Shown here piece by piece: positions 18,899 through 28,238 of a stretch of DNA of 64,000 nucleotides. Under the pieces are notes generated by a model, which saw only the letters and a program-made list of their open reading frames with translations, did not search any database and was not told where the DNA came from. Origin of the DNA: Candidatus Bathyarchaeia archaeon (GTDB lineage Archaea; Thermoproteota; Bathyarchaeia; Bathyarchaeales; Bathycorpusculaceae); NCBI GenBank assembly GCA_050010515.1, contig JBEKKX010000001.1, forward strand, positions 32,001 through 96,000, in the 5' to 3' direction. The translations under genes were made by a program, and so were the position numbers. Numbering within the stretch: position 1 is the stretch's first letter; every line of letters starts with the position of its first letter.

Positions 18899-19978
18899 TT
18901 GCCTAAAAGTTACACATACACCGACGCAGGTGTAAACCGCCAACAACGAGCAGAGTCCAAAAAAGCGCTAAAAAACCTGCAGGAAACCTACAAGCACATC
19001 CGCTATGGCGGCATAATGCATCTGCCGTATGGTAACATTTTTCCAATCGGAGAAAACACTTTTCTGGATCTCGTCATCGAAGGGGTAGGCACTAAAGTTC
19101 TGATAGCGCAGTTGGCGCAGAAGTATGACACTATAGGCATCGACGCTGTAGCCATGGCGATCAATGACGTTATTCGTTCGGGAGCTAAACCGCTCGCCAT
19201 AGCAGATAACATTCATGCGCAAGCAAGCGACCCACGGCTTGTAAGAGAGTGGCTAAAAGGAATCATCCAAGGCGCCGCTCAAGCTGAATGCCCAGTTACT
19301 GGCGGAGAAACAGGCGATGTAGCTGAAATAATAAAAGGCTTAGCAGAAAACGCTGGGTTCGACATGGTGGTCGCTTCCGTCGGTGAAGTTGAGCGGCAAG
19401 AAATCATAACTGGAGAAAACATCAAACCCGGCGATCCGATAATAGGCTTAGCCAGCAGCGGATTGCATAGCAACGGCATAACAATGGCAAGAAAAATTCT
19501 CTTTAAGCAATGGGGCGGAAAATACCAGCCAAACGACATCCCAACAGGCTTAGACAAGGAAATCGTCCTCGAAGCCCTTGAACCAACAAAAATTTATGTT
19601 AAACCACTCCTCAAACTAGCCAGCGAAGTAAAGGTCAAAGCAGCCGTGCACATCACGGGCGACGCCTACATGAAATTCAACAACCTTGCCAGTTTTTCGC
19701 CAGGCATAGGCTTTGAATTCAACAACTTCAAACCCCAACCCATATTCAGTTTTATTCAAAAAACGGCAGCGGAACTTGGCTATATTATTTCAGATGAGGA
19801 AATGTTCAAGACCTTCAACATGGGCTGGGGTTTTGGCATAATCGTTGACAAAACAGAAATCGACAAAGCCATGAACACACTGGAGCAGGACAGCTCAAAA
19901 CCTGAAATAATAGGAAAAGTGACAGACAAACAAACAGTAGAAATCCACTACCAAAACAAAAAGTTGTTGTTGACGTAA
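18899..19978 (+). CDS. purM: Phosphoribosylformylglycinamidine cyclo-ligase (AIR synthetase)
   Basis: YTDAGVN, EGVGTK, GGETG, SSGLHSNG, VHITG, TFNMGWG. Confidence 0.95.
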   Translation: MPKSYTYTDAGVNRQQRAESKKALKNLQETYKHIRYGGIMHLPYGNIFPIGENTFLDLVIEGVGTKVLIAQLAQKYDTIGIDAVAMAINDVIRSGAKPLAIADNIHAQASDPRLVREWLKGIIQGAAQAECPVTGGETGDVAEIIKGLAENAGFDMVVASVGEVERQEIITGENIKPGDPIIGLASSGLHSNGITMARKILFKQWGGKYQPNDIPTGLDKEIVLEALEPTKIYVKPLLKLASEVKVKAAVHITGDAYMKFNNLASFSPGIGFEFNNFKPQPIFSFIQKTAAELGYIISDEEMFKTFNMGWGFGIIVDKTEIDKAMNTLEQDSSKPEIIGKVTDKQTVEIHYQNKKLLLT

Positions 19979-20036
19979 AGTTTTGCTTTTTTTATGACGA
20001 AAGCGTTTAAATCTTCTAGCTTAATTTAAAGGTTTT

Positions 20037-20288
20037 ATGAAATACCATGCTAAAATAGAAGTTAGCCTAAAACCGGGTCACAGCAATCCTGAAGGGGAAA
20101 CAATAGCCCGTTTACTGAAAGAACTCGGCTACAAAGTACAAACCGTGGATGTGAGTAAAGTTTTCACTGTCACTCTTGAAGCATCAACAATTTCCGAAGC
20201 CAAGGCAAAGGCGGAAGAAATGAGCAAGCGCCTTTTGGCAAACCCAACCAAAGACAACTACACAGTAACCGTTGAGGAGCAGAAATGA
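20037..20288 (+). CDS. purS: FGAM synthase subunit PurS
   Basis: LKPG..NPEG, LLANP; upstream of purL. Confidence 0.93.
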   Translation: MKYHAKIEVSLKPGHSNPEGETIARLLKELGYKVQTVDVSKVFTVTLEASTISEAKAKAEEMSKRLLANPTKDNYTVTVEEQK

Positions 20289-22666
20289 ACGCTAACCTGT
20301 ACCTCCCACGCAGAACCAGCTATGCACTCTACGGCATAACTTTAGCCAAAGCCAATGACCAACAACTCGCAGAAATCAGCAACGAACTAGCTTTAGGATT
20401 AAGTCTTCAAGAAATGAAGACCATCCAAGCCTATTTTAAGGAAGAAAACAGAAACCCGACAGATGTGGAACTTCAAACCATCAGTCAAACATGGTCAGAA
20501 CATTGCTATCACAAAACCTTCAAAGGAAAAATCCAAATTGGCGGCAAAGAAATTGACAGCCTATTTAAAACCTTCATTACAAAAGCCACAAAAGAAATCA
20601 ACCCGCCATGGTGCTTTAGTGTCTTCGAAGACAACGCAGGCATTGTACGTTTTGATAAGGGCTATGGAATAGCAGCAAAAGTGGAAACACACAATCATCC
20701 ATCTGCTGTTGAACCCTTCGGCGGTGCAGCAACTGGTGTTGGTGGCGTAATTCGAGACATTCTAGGTGTCTGGGCTGACCCAATCGCGTGCACGGACGTT
20801 TTAGGCTTCGGACCATTAGATTACGATTACAACAAGCTTCCTGCAGGCGTTAAACATCCAAAATACGTGTATATGGGCGTCACTGCAGGCATCAGCGCGT
20901 ATGGCAATAACATGGGCATCCCAACCGTCAACGGAGCAATATATTTTGACGAAAGCTACACAGGAAACGTCACGGTATACTGCGGATGCATAGGACTATT
21001 ACCATTAAACAAATTCATAAAAAATGCCAAACCAAAACACATAATCGTTTTGGCGGGCGGAAAAACAGGACGCGACGGCATCCACGGCGTAACCTTCGCC
21101 TCAGCCGAACTAACCGAAAAATCAGAAGAAATCTCAAGACCAGCCGTACAAATCGCCGACCCAATAGAAGAAGAAAAAGTCAAACGAGCAATAATAGAAA
21201 CCCGCAACCTACAACTGGCATCGGCAACAACAGACCTTGGAGGCGGAGGATTGTCTTCAGCAGTCGGCGAAACCGCTGAAAAATTCGATTGCGGAGCAAC
21301 CATTGACCTTAGCAAAGTACCGTTGAAGTATCAGGGTTTGGCTCCGTGGGAAATTTACATTTCAGAATCACAAGAAAGAATGCTTTTAACAGTGCCGCCG
21401 GAAAACCTTGAGAGGGTTATGGCGATTTTTGAGAAAGAGGACGTTCAAGCCACCGCAATAGGTGAACTAACAAGCGAACACCGCTTACAGCTTAACTTTC
21501 ACGGAGAGAAAGTTGCCGACATGGACATGGCTTTTCTGTTTAATCCTTGCAAAAGCATGAAAACAGCAACCATTGAAATCCCAAGCTTTACGGAACCAGA
21601 GTTTCCCCAGCCAGAAAACCTAACTGAAGCCCTGCTGCAACTGCTTTCGGCTCCGAACATTGCCAGCAAAGAAAGCGTCATACGCACTTATGACCATGAA
21701 GTAAAAGGAAATACTACGCTTAAACCCTTACAAGGAGAGTACGCTGGACCAAACGATGCAGCTGTACTGAAACCGCTTGATGATTCATGGAAAGGCTTGG
21801 CAATTTCGTGCGGTATGAACCCGAATTACGGAAAGATTGATGCTTACTGGATGGCTGCTTCAGCTATTGACGAGGCAGTGAGAAACAACATTGCCGTCGG
21901 CGGAAGAAGGATTGCGCTGCTGGATAATTTTACGTGGGGAAACCCTGAGAAACCAGAGCGCTTGGGCTCGCTAGTAAGAGCCTGCGAAGCCTGCTATGAC
22001 TTTGCCAAGGCGTTTAGGACGCCGTTTATCTCTGGAAAAGACAGCCTCTACAACGAATCCCCGCTGGGTCCAGTTACGCCAACGCTTCTGATTACCGCCA
22101 TAGGTATAATTCCTAACATTCAATTTACCACATCTATGGATTTGAAAGCGCCCGGCAACCTGCTCTACATCATTGGTGACACATTCAATGAGCTGGGCGG
22201 TTCAGAATACTACAAACTCAAAGGCTACTTAGGTGCAAGCGTGCCCAAAGTGAAAGGAGCCAGAGCCAAGCGCACGTTCAGAGCTGTAACTAAAGCCATC
22301 GATTTGGGCTTAATCAAATCGTGCCATGACCTTTCTGAAGGCGGGTTGGCAGTGGCGGCGGCGGAGATGGCGTTTGCGGGTGGCTACGGCTTAGAGCTGG
22401 ATTTAGGTAATGTACTCGGCAAAGCGTTAGAGCGAAATGACTTTGTGCTGTTTTCAGAGTCAAACAGCCGCTTCCTCATTGAAGTCTCAGAAACTGATAG
22501 GCAGGAATTTGAGGCTTTAATGAAGGGAAAAAACTGCGCTAAAATTGGCAAAGTGACCGAAGACGAGAAACTGCTTATTCATGGGTTAAACCAGAAAATA
22601 GTAGTTGACGCTTCACTTGCCGAGCTGCGGTGTAGCTGGAAAAGAACGTTAAGCGGTGAACCCTAA
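20285..22666 (+). CDS. purL: FGAM synthase subunit PurL
   Basis: WSEHCYHK, ETHNHPS, SESQERM, ISGKDSLYN, HDLSEGG. Confidence 0.97.
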   Translation: MNANLYLPRRTSYALYGITLAKANDQQLAEISNELALGLSLQEMKTIQAYFKEENRNPTDVELQTISQTWSEHCYHKTFKGKIQIGGKEIDSLFKTFITKATKEINPPWCFSVFEDNAGIVRFDKGYGIAAKVETHNHPSAVEPFGGAATGVGGVIRDILGVWADPIACTDVLGFGPLDYDYNKLPAGVKHPKYVYMGVTAGISAYGNNMGIPTVNGAIYFDESYTGNVTVYCGCIGLLPLNKFIKNAKPKHIIVLAGGKTGRDGIHGVTFASAELTEKSEEISRPAVQIADPIEEEKVKRAIIETRNLQLASATTDLGGGGLSSAVGETAEKFDCGATIDLSKVPLKYQGLAPWEIYISESQERMLLTVPPENLERVMAIFEKEDVQATAIGELTSEHRLQLNFHGEKVADMDMAFLFNPCKSMKTATIEIPSFTEPEFPQPENLTEALLQLLSAPNIASKESVIRTYDHEVKGNTTLKPLQGEYAGPNDAAVLKPLDDSWKGLAISCGMNPNYGKIDAYWMAASAIDEAVRNNIAVGGRRIALLDNFTWGNPEKPERLGSLVRACEACYDFAKAFRTPFISGKDSLYNESPLGPVTPTLLITAIGIIPNIQFTTSMDLKAPGNLLYIIGDTFNELGGSEYYKLKGYLGASVPKVKGARAKRTFRAVTKAIDLGLIKSCHDLSEGGLAVAAAEMAFAGGYGLELDLGNVLGKALERNDFVLFSESNSRFLIEVSETDRQEFEALMKGKNCAKIGKVTEDEKLLIHGLNQKIVVDASLAELRCSWKRTLSGEP

Positions 22667-22667
22667 A

Positions 22668-23489
22668 ATGAAGCTGGAAGAAATCAAAGTCTGTGTTATG
22701 CGCGTTGGCGGAACCAACTGCGATGCAGAAACCCAGCGGGCTTTTTTGGAGTTAGGTGTCCAAGCGGAGACTTTGCATGTTAACGAGTTAATAAAACGCA
22801 AAAACCTTCTTGATTACCAGGTGCTGGTTTTTCCAGGCGGCTTCTCCTTCGGCGATTATGTGCGTTCAGGCGTAATTTTTGCACGATGGCTCAGTGCTAA
22901 ATTAGGCAAAGAAATTGAAGCTTTTATTGATGAAGGCAGACCGATTCTGGGAATATGCAACGGTTTCCAAATATTGGTTGAGTATGGTTTGCTTCCAGGC
23001 TTCGACGGAATGAGTACTTATCCTGAAGCTACATTGACCACGAATGAACCGCAAGGCTTCAAATGCCAATGGATTTACATGAAGCATGAAAATAGGGGAA
23101 AATGCGCTTTCACAAACAAAATTCCAGCTGGCAAGGTAGTGAGGATGCCGATTGCCCATGGAGAAGGCAGGTTACTGTTCCCAAAGGAGAAAGAACAGGA
23201 AATGCTTGCAAAGCTAAACGATAATGACATGGTTGTTTTCCGATACTGCGACAAAAACGGCAACAGTGCCGACGGCAAATACCCAGCTAATCCCAACGGT
23301 TCCACATATGACATTGCAGGCATATGCAGCAGGGAAGGAAACATTTTCGGTTTAATGCCTCATCCAGAGAGGGCAATGTACTGGTGGCAACAACCCGACT
23401 GGACACGGCAACAACAAATGCTGCAGTATGGCGACGGGAAACTAATCTTCCAAAGCATAATCGACAATTTAACCAAGAAGTGCTGGTAA
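22668..23489 (+). CDS. purQ: FGAM synthase glutaminase subunit PurQ
   Basis: GTNCD, PGGFSFGD, GICNGFQ, AHGEG, MPHPER. Confidence 0.96.
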   Translation: MKLEEIKVCVMRVGGTNCDAETQRAFLELGVQAETLHVNELIKRKNLLDYQVLVFPGGFSFGDYVRSGVIFARWLSAKLGKEIEAFIDEGRPILGICNGFQILVEYGLLPGFDGMSTYPEATLTTNEPQGFKCQWIYMKHENRGKCAFTNKIPAGKVVRMPIAHGEGRLLFPKEKEQEMLAKLNDNDMVVFRYCDKNGNSADGKYPANPNGSTYDIAGICSREGNIFGLMPHPERAMYWWQQPDWTRQQQMLQYGDGKLIFQSIIDNLTKKCW

Positions 23490-23556
23490 ATCAGAGGAAT
23501 TGGCAAAAAAAAAGGTATATGTGCCAATAACATCATTATTTGCCAGTGATGATTAT

Positions 23557-23802
23557 ATGTCTGTAGAAGTGGACAAATATGGACGCATAGTTCTACCTAA
23601 ACAGATTCGCAAAAAATACGGCATGGATGAAGGCATTCGGCTTATCATCACTGAGTATATGGGGCGTATTTGTCTTGTCCCTGTAAGGAAGTACGAAAAG
23701 CCTACTGAGATGTTATATGGCGCCGTGAAGTTGGAGATGCCTATAGAGGAGCCAAAGCACCTGGCAAGAGAACACATTCGCAAAAAGTTGGTTTTCGGCT
23801 AA
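23557..23802 (+). CDS. AbrB/MazE/SpoVT-family DNA-binding protein (VapB-like, no adjacent toxin)
   Basis: VDKYGRIVLPKQIRKKYGM. Confidence 0.8.
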   Translation: MSVEVDKYGRIVLPKQIRKKYGMDEGIRLIITEYMGRICLVPVRKYEKPTEMLYGAVKLEMPIEEPKHLAREHIRKKLVFG

Positions 23803-23863
23803 TTTTCAAGTCTCACTTGCGCGTTGTCCTGAGGCTTCTTGGTTTTAATCTCATTAATTTTAA

Positions 23864-24775
23864 TTAAAGCGATTCTAAATCTTTTGAGTAGGGCAAGCCC
23901 GCGCGTGCACCCATCTGCATTACGCTTCTGGAAGCCACAAAATTCCCCAACCGACCGCACTCATAGAGGCTTTTGCTGTTGATTAAGCCGTAGAGGAAGC
24001 CAGCGCAGAAAGCGTCCCCAGCACCTGTCGTATCGACCACTTTTACTTTGAAAGGTTCTATCCTAAGCCTTTCTCGACCGTCAGTAACGTAACAGCCTTT
24101 GCTGCCAAGTTTAACTGCAACGATTTTAACGCCCATTTCAATCATAAAATCCGCACCTTTGCAGAAATCAGCTTCTCCGGTTAAAAGTTCAAGTTCAACA
24201 GCGTTAGGCATCAAAACATAAGAGCTTCTAATTATTGGTTCTATGGCTACAAAACCCTTCCTTGCATACACTGAGCCTGGGTCAAAGCTAATTTTAACAT
24301 CGCCAGGCAAGGTGGCTAAGAGCTTTTTTTGTGCACGAAGAGATTTTTCACCAACAAAAGAGGAGTAATGCAAAAATTTTGTTTGAGAAAGATAATTTCT
24401 ATCTATTTCGCGAGGCTCGATTGTGTCGTTGACGCCTGAGTTAATGTATAGGGCTCTTGCACCTTTCTTGTCCACGAAACCAAGCACCGAACCACTTTTT
24501 CCCTGTTTTGCCTGAATGATGCCAACGGTGTCGACGCCTTCATTGCTAAAACAGTCAATTTGCAGTTTGCCTTCCCGGTCATTGGCTACTTTCCCTATGA
24601 AGCCAACTTTGCACCCGAGCCTCGCCAACCCAACCACGGTATTCGCGGCTGACCCCCCGCAAGCCTCAGTGTAATCTTCAATGAAGCTTTCTTCTTCAGC
24701 CCCCGAAAGCTTATCAACTTTGAAGAGCATGTCAACGTTAAGTGCACCGAAACCGACAACGTCAAATTTGGTCAT
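23864..24775 (-). CDS. PfkB/ribokinase-family kinase (EhaT-like)
   Basis: GGSAANT, VDTTGAGDAF; start overlaps the ftr-like stop (ATGA). Confidence 0.92.
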   Translation of the reverse strand: MTKFDVVGFGALNVDMLFKVDKLSGAEEESFIEDYTEACGGSAANTVVGLARLGCKVGFIGKVANDREGKLQIDCFSNEGVDTVGIIQAKQGKSGSVLGFVDKKGARALYINSGVNDTIEPREIDRNYLSQTKFLHYSSFVGEKSLRAQKKLLATLPGDVKISFDPGSVYARKGFVAIEPIIRSSYVLMPNAVELELLTGEADFCKGADFMIEMGVKIVAVKLGSKGCYVTDGRERLRIEPFKVKVVDTTGAGDAFCAGFLYGLINSKSLYECGRLGNFVASRSVMQMGARAGLPYSKDLESL

Positions 24776-25680
24776 GGAAACAGCTCTCGCAAAAATATTT
24801 TATGTTCGCCTAGTTTGCCGCCATAGTTACCAGCGGAAACCTTCACGACACCATCAATGCCTAACACTGCTCTGACTCCAGCTTTGGTGGCTTCTTTAAC
24901 AGCATCTAAAGAAACGCCATCAAAAACTATCTCAGCTATATAACCTACGCCTTCTGGAACACGAGATTCTTTACCTAACCGCTCCCTAAGAGAGGGACAA
25001 TACAGGTGGTTTGTTGTTGGACCAATCTTAGGAAAATGAGTTTCCGGCTTGGAGCCTGCAGAGCAGACATCAAAGGGCGTAACTACACCGTGAGCATCAT
25101 GGATTGCAGCTAAGGCTTTTTCTCCAGCTTGCCTCAACGCTTCTTTTGTTTTGCACATTACCCAAAAGTTGCCGCCCATGATGCCACGACCATAGCCTAA
25201 GTACCGTTCAATGACGAAGTCAGGAACCATCAATGGGACAACGATTACTTCTCTGCCATGACGCTTCTCTACCCATTCATAGCCGTCGCCGCAGTGTCCA
25301 ACGCTCTCCATCATGTCCATTTTTCCTTCAGCGCTTGGCAGAGCGTCAAAGATAGCGGTAAAAGGCTTTACCAAAATGTCTTGGCGGATGCGGTAGGAAA
25401 GCTCAATTTCAAACTTTTTCAGTGATTCAGCAAATGTTTTTTTTGGGTTTATTTCTCCCCAGAACTGCAGTATTGCACCTTTGCGTTTATCGGGAGTTTC
25501 TTTTTGGCTGAGGTATTTTTCGACGCCACCCTCTACTCTGCCAATCACAACGGAGGGCATTGCTGTCGAATCCTCAGCAGCCTTGCGTAAGGTTTCTTCA
25601 TCGTCGGCTGTAACAATTACTCGGCAAAAAATTCCAGTAAAGGCTTCGGCGTACGTGTCTTCTATTTCCGCTTTTGCCAT
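24772..25680 (-). CDS. ftr: Formylmethanofuran:H4MPT formyltransferase family protein (divergent FtrII/EhaS type)
   Basis: IEDTYAEAF, TPD, GGNF, SAGSK, EIVFDG, SAGNYGGKLG; variant segments RIRQDILVKPFT and GHCGDGYE. Confidence 0.88.
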   Translation of the reverse strand: MAKAEIEDTYAEAFTGIFCRVIVTADDEETLRKAAEDSTAMPSVVIGRVEGGVEKYLSQKETPDKRKGAILQFWGEINPKKTFAESLKKFEIELSYRIRQDILVKPFTAIFDALPSAEGKMDMMESVGHCGDGYEWVEKRHGREVIVVPLMVPDFVIERYLGYGRGIMGGNFWVMCKTKEALRQAGEKALAAIHDAHGVVTPFDVCSAGSKPETHFPKIGPTTNHLYCPSLRERLGKESRVPEGVGYIAEIVFDGVSLDAVKEATKAGVRAVLGIDGVVKVSAGNYGGKLGEHKIFLRELFP

Positions 25681-25681
25681 T

Positions 25682-26764
25682 TTATCCTAGCCTCCCTATG
25701 GATACTCCTCGCACTTTCTTTCTAAACGTGTTGCTTTCTTTTACCAGTGTTTCCATATTTTGGGCTGTTACTATTTGAGCTTTAGGCAAGGCACCAGGGT
25801 AAAAGTCTGAGAGCTGCCTCAGCAAAGCCTTGTCCACTCCACTTTTCTTTAGCGCTTCATAATTCCAAGACTGAAGCGCGCACGTTGTTTTCTCTTTTCC
25901 AAACCTGCAGAACAAATCAGCAATCGCAGCAGTTACAAGATTGCTTTCAGATAAAACTGCTAATTCAGCATTTTTGACTGCGTAACCGTTACCGTTGAAA
26001 GATACTGTTAAGCCACCGTTTGCCCGCACGAGTTTGAAAGCTTCCACGTCAGTTATGCTGTCGCCCACGTACATCACATCCCCTAATTCTGCACCTAAAC
26101 GCTTCACGGCATCACGGATTGCTTGAGCTTTTTGTTCTCCACCAATCGTTACAACATCAGTAAGCATCTTGCCAACGCTCATTTTGGGTATTTCGCTCCA
26201 GAAAACCTCATCCAAACGCTGAATTATCGCCTGGTCATTGCGCGAAAAATCTTCCCTTGCTCTTGCCGCTGGGGGGATATCGATTAGATGCATCTGTGTA
26301 ATTTCCTTTGCTATTTCTTTTAGCCGCTCTTTTTCTTTTGGCGAGAGGGCATATTTGTCGAGGCTTACTTTGGTGCAGTAGGTATTTTCGTAGGGAAAAC
26401 TGAGTGCTTTGCACAAAGCCTTGATGTAGTGCTCGTAGCTGGTGCTGACGATGAAGGCGCTAGCTATGGCTTGTATATGGTACAGAGTCTCTTTGCTGTG
26501 AGCAATTAAAACAACGTTTTTCTCTGAAAAGTCTTCCATCAGCTTATCCGTAACATCATAAGCCTTAAAGAAAGGCAAAACAAGCTTCAACGTGCTACCC
26601 GCAGAGTAACTGGGCTTTCGCAGAACATCCGCCAGCACATCATCGTACTTGCTTATGTTGGCAAAAAGTTTGTCTCCGTTTGGGATAAAATTTGCCGCTA
26701 ACTCGAAGGCGTTGTCGTTCTTTGAGATTGGTCCTTCGCAGTCGGATATGAAGATGCGCTTCAC
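25682..26764 (-). CDS. HAD-superfamily phosphatase, COG4030/EhaR-like
   Basis: FISDCEGPISKNDNA, IVSTSY, GGEQK, YVGDSITD, SFNGN; GTG start overlaps the purD stop (GTGA). Confidence 0.85.
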   Translation of the reverse strand: MKRIFISDCEGPISKNDNAFELAANFIPNGDKLFANISKYDDVLADVLRKPSYSAGSTLKLVLPFFKAYDVTDKLMEDFSEKNVVLIAHSKETLYHIQAIASAFIVSTSYEHYIKALCKALSFPYENTYCTKVSLDKYALSPKEKERLKEIAKEITQMHLIDIPPAARAREDFSRNDQAIIQRLDEVFWSEIPKMSVGKMLTDVVTIGGEQKAQAIRDAVKRLGAELGDVMYVGDSITDVEAFKLVRANGGLTVSFNGNGYAVKNAELAVLSESNLVTAAIADLFCRFGKEKTTCALQSWNYEALKKSGVDKALLRQLSDFYPGALPKAQIVTAQNMETLVKESNTFRKKVRGVSIGRLG

Positions 26765-28176
26765 GCCTTGCGCCTCAAATTCTCCATGTGAAGTACGCTT
26801 TTTGCAATATGCTGTTTTGAGGCGATGTCCGTTCGGTTCCACAATGCCCCACCAGTAATTGCTTTGGCTCCTTCAAGGCTGATTTGACGTGCTTCCGCGA
26901 TGCTTTTGGCTATTCCTAAAACTCCGACCGCACGGGATTTCAAAGCGTAGTTTTTGCCGTTTCTTGTTTCCATTGAACCTGGATAAACGCGGATTCTAAT
27001 GCCATACTTTTTGGTTAAGGCGTAGGCTTTTGAGAGGTCAACTGGCGTGTTAGCTAAGGATTTATCAATTTGGTTGGGGAACACTTCTGCGTAGCCACCG
27101 TAGTCTGGCGGAACCTTATAGGTTAAAACGGTTGCAGCCTTTTCCAACTCGACACTCGTCAGGTTTCCTTCTATCATTTTGAAGCAGACGTCAACGAAAT
27201 CGTCTTTGATTATTGGGAGGAGGTTGATTATTTCTGGGTCGCCAGGGCGACTGTTGTTCTCAAGAACCTTAATTCCTTGTCCAGTGTGCATGAACGCTAG
27301 ATATAAGGGCACGCCTCTGAGCGTCGAATCGTCTTTAATTTTAGCTTTCCAACCCTTGAAAATTTTATTGGCTAAAGCAAGTTCCTGTTGGCGTTCAGCC
27401 GCAGTCAAGAAGGGCAATGTGTCGCCAATGTCTTTGTATGAGCCCATTCCGCCAGTGTTTGGACCTTTATCGTCGTCGAAGGCACGTTTGTAATCGCGTG
27501 TATCTGGCAGGGGAATAAAATGTTTGCCATCACAGAAAACCATGAAACTGGATTCTTCCCCATCAATCTTTTCTTCTATGATAACCGAGCCGTATTGGAA
27601 GTTGGACATGAAATGCTCAAAAAGTTGCTCTCGGGTTGCGAAGTGGTCGCCCCAGACGCCGACGCCTTTTCCTAAAGCTGGTTTATCAGGCTTTACCACC
27701 GCTTGATTATCCAGTTCATCTAGCCAGCGGTAAACGGCGCTTTTAACGTCCGCTTCGCCCTTGTAGTCGGCTGGGTTAAAAATTTTAAAGCGGGGATTCG
27801 CTTCTGGCGCAATCTCTTGAAAAAGTTGGCGCTGCTCTATTTTGCTGGCTTCAATGGCGTATTGTTGCTTTGGACAAATGACAGGTATACCTGTGCGTTT
27901 CTCAACGAGGTCGCGGACGCCTTCAATTATGGGTTTTTCTGAACCAACCAGAACGAAATCGATTTTGTCCTTGTTTGATTCAGCGAACTTGCAGATTTCC
28001 TCAACGTCAAGGTTTGGAATGACAATGTGTTTTGTAGCTTTTTCTGCGTTGAAAGGGTTGCGCTGTTTATCAGCAATGTAGAGTTCGACTTGATAGTTTT
28101 TGCTTTGTAGAAGGGCGTCGACCATGGCGACTTCTCTTGCGCCGTAGGAAACAACTAGGACACCGATTTTTTCCAT
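26761..28176 (-). CDS. purD: Phosphoribosylamine--glycine ligase
   Basis: GARE, GKGV, EEKIDGEE, DYKR, GPNTGGMG, RPGDPE. Confidence 0.95.
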   Translation of the reverse strand: MEKIGVLVVSYGAREVAMVDALLQSKNYQVELYIADKQRNPFNAEKATKHIVIPNLDVEEICKFAESNKDKIDFVLVGSEKPIIEGVRDLVEKRTGIPVICPKQQYAIEASKIEQRQLFQEIAPEANPRFKIFNPADYKGEADVKSAVYRWLDELDNQAVVKPDKPALGKGVGVWGDHFATREQLFEHFMSNFQYGSVIIEEKIDGEESSFMVFCDGKHFIPLPDTRDYKRAFDDDKGPNTGGMGSYKDIGDTLPFLTAAERQQELALANKIFKGWKAKIKDDSTLRGVPLYLAFMHTGQGIKVLENNSRPGDPEIINLLPIIKDDFVDVCFKMIEGNLTSVELEKAATVLTYKVPPDYGGYAEVFPNQIDKSLANTPVDLSKAYALTKKYGIRIRVYPGSMETRNGKNYALKSRAVGVLGIAKSIAEARQISLEGAKAITGGALWNRTDIASKQHIAKSVLHMENLRRKA

Positions 28177-28238
28177 CCAAATACACCGTTACTGCTAAGA
28201 CAGTAGAGGGAACGCTTAATTTGCTTTATCACTAGCGG

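Noticed and set aside
26765-26842. N-terminal extension of the HAD ORF in the track
   Set aside because: It overlaps purD; the GTG at 26764 puts motif I at the N-terminus and gives a typical 4-bp overlap.
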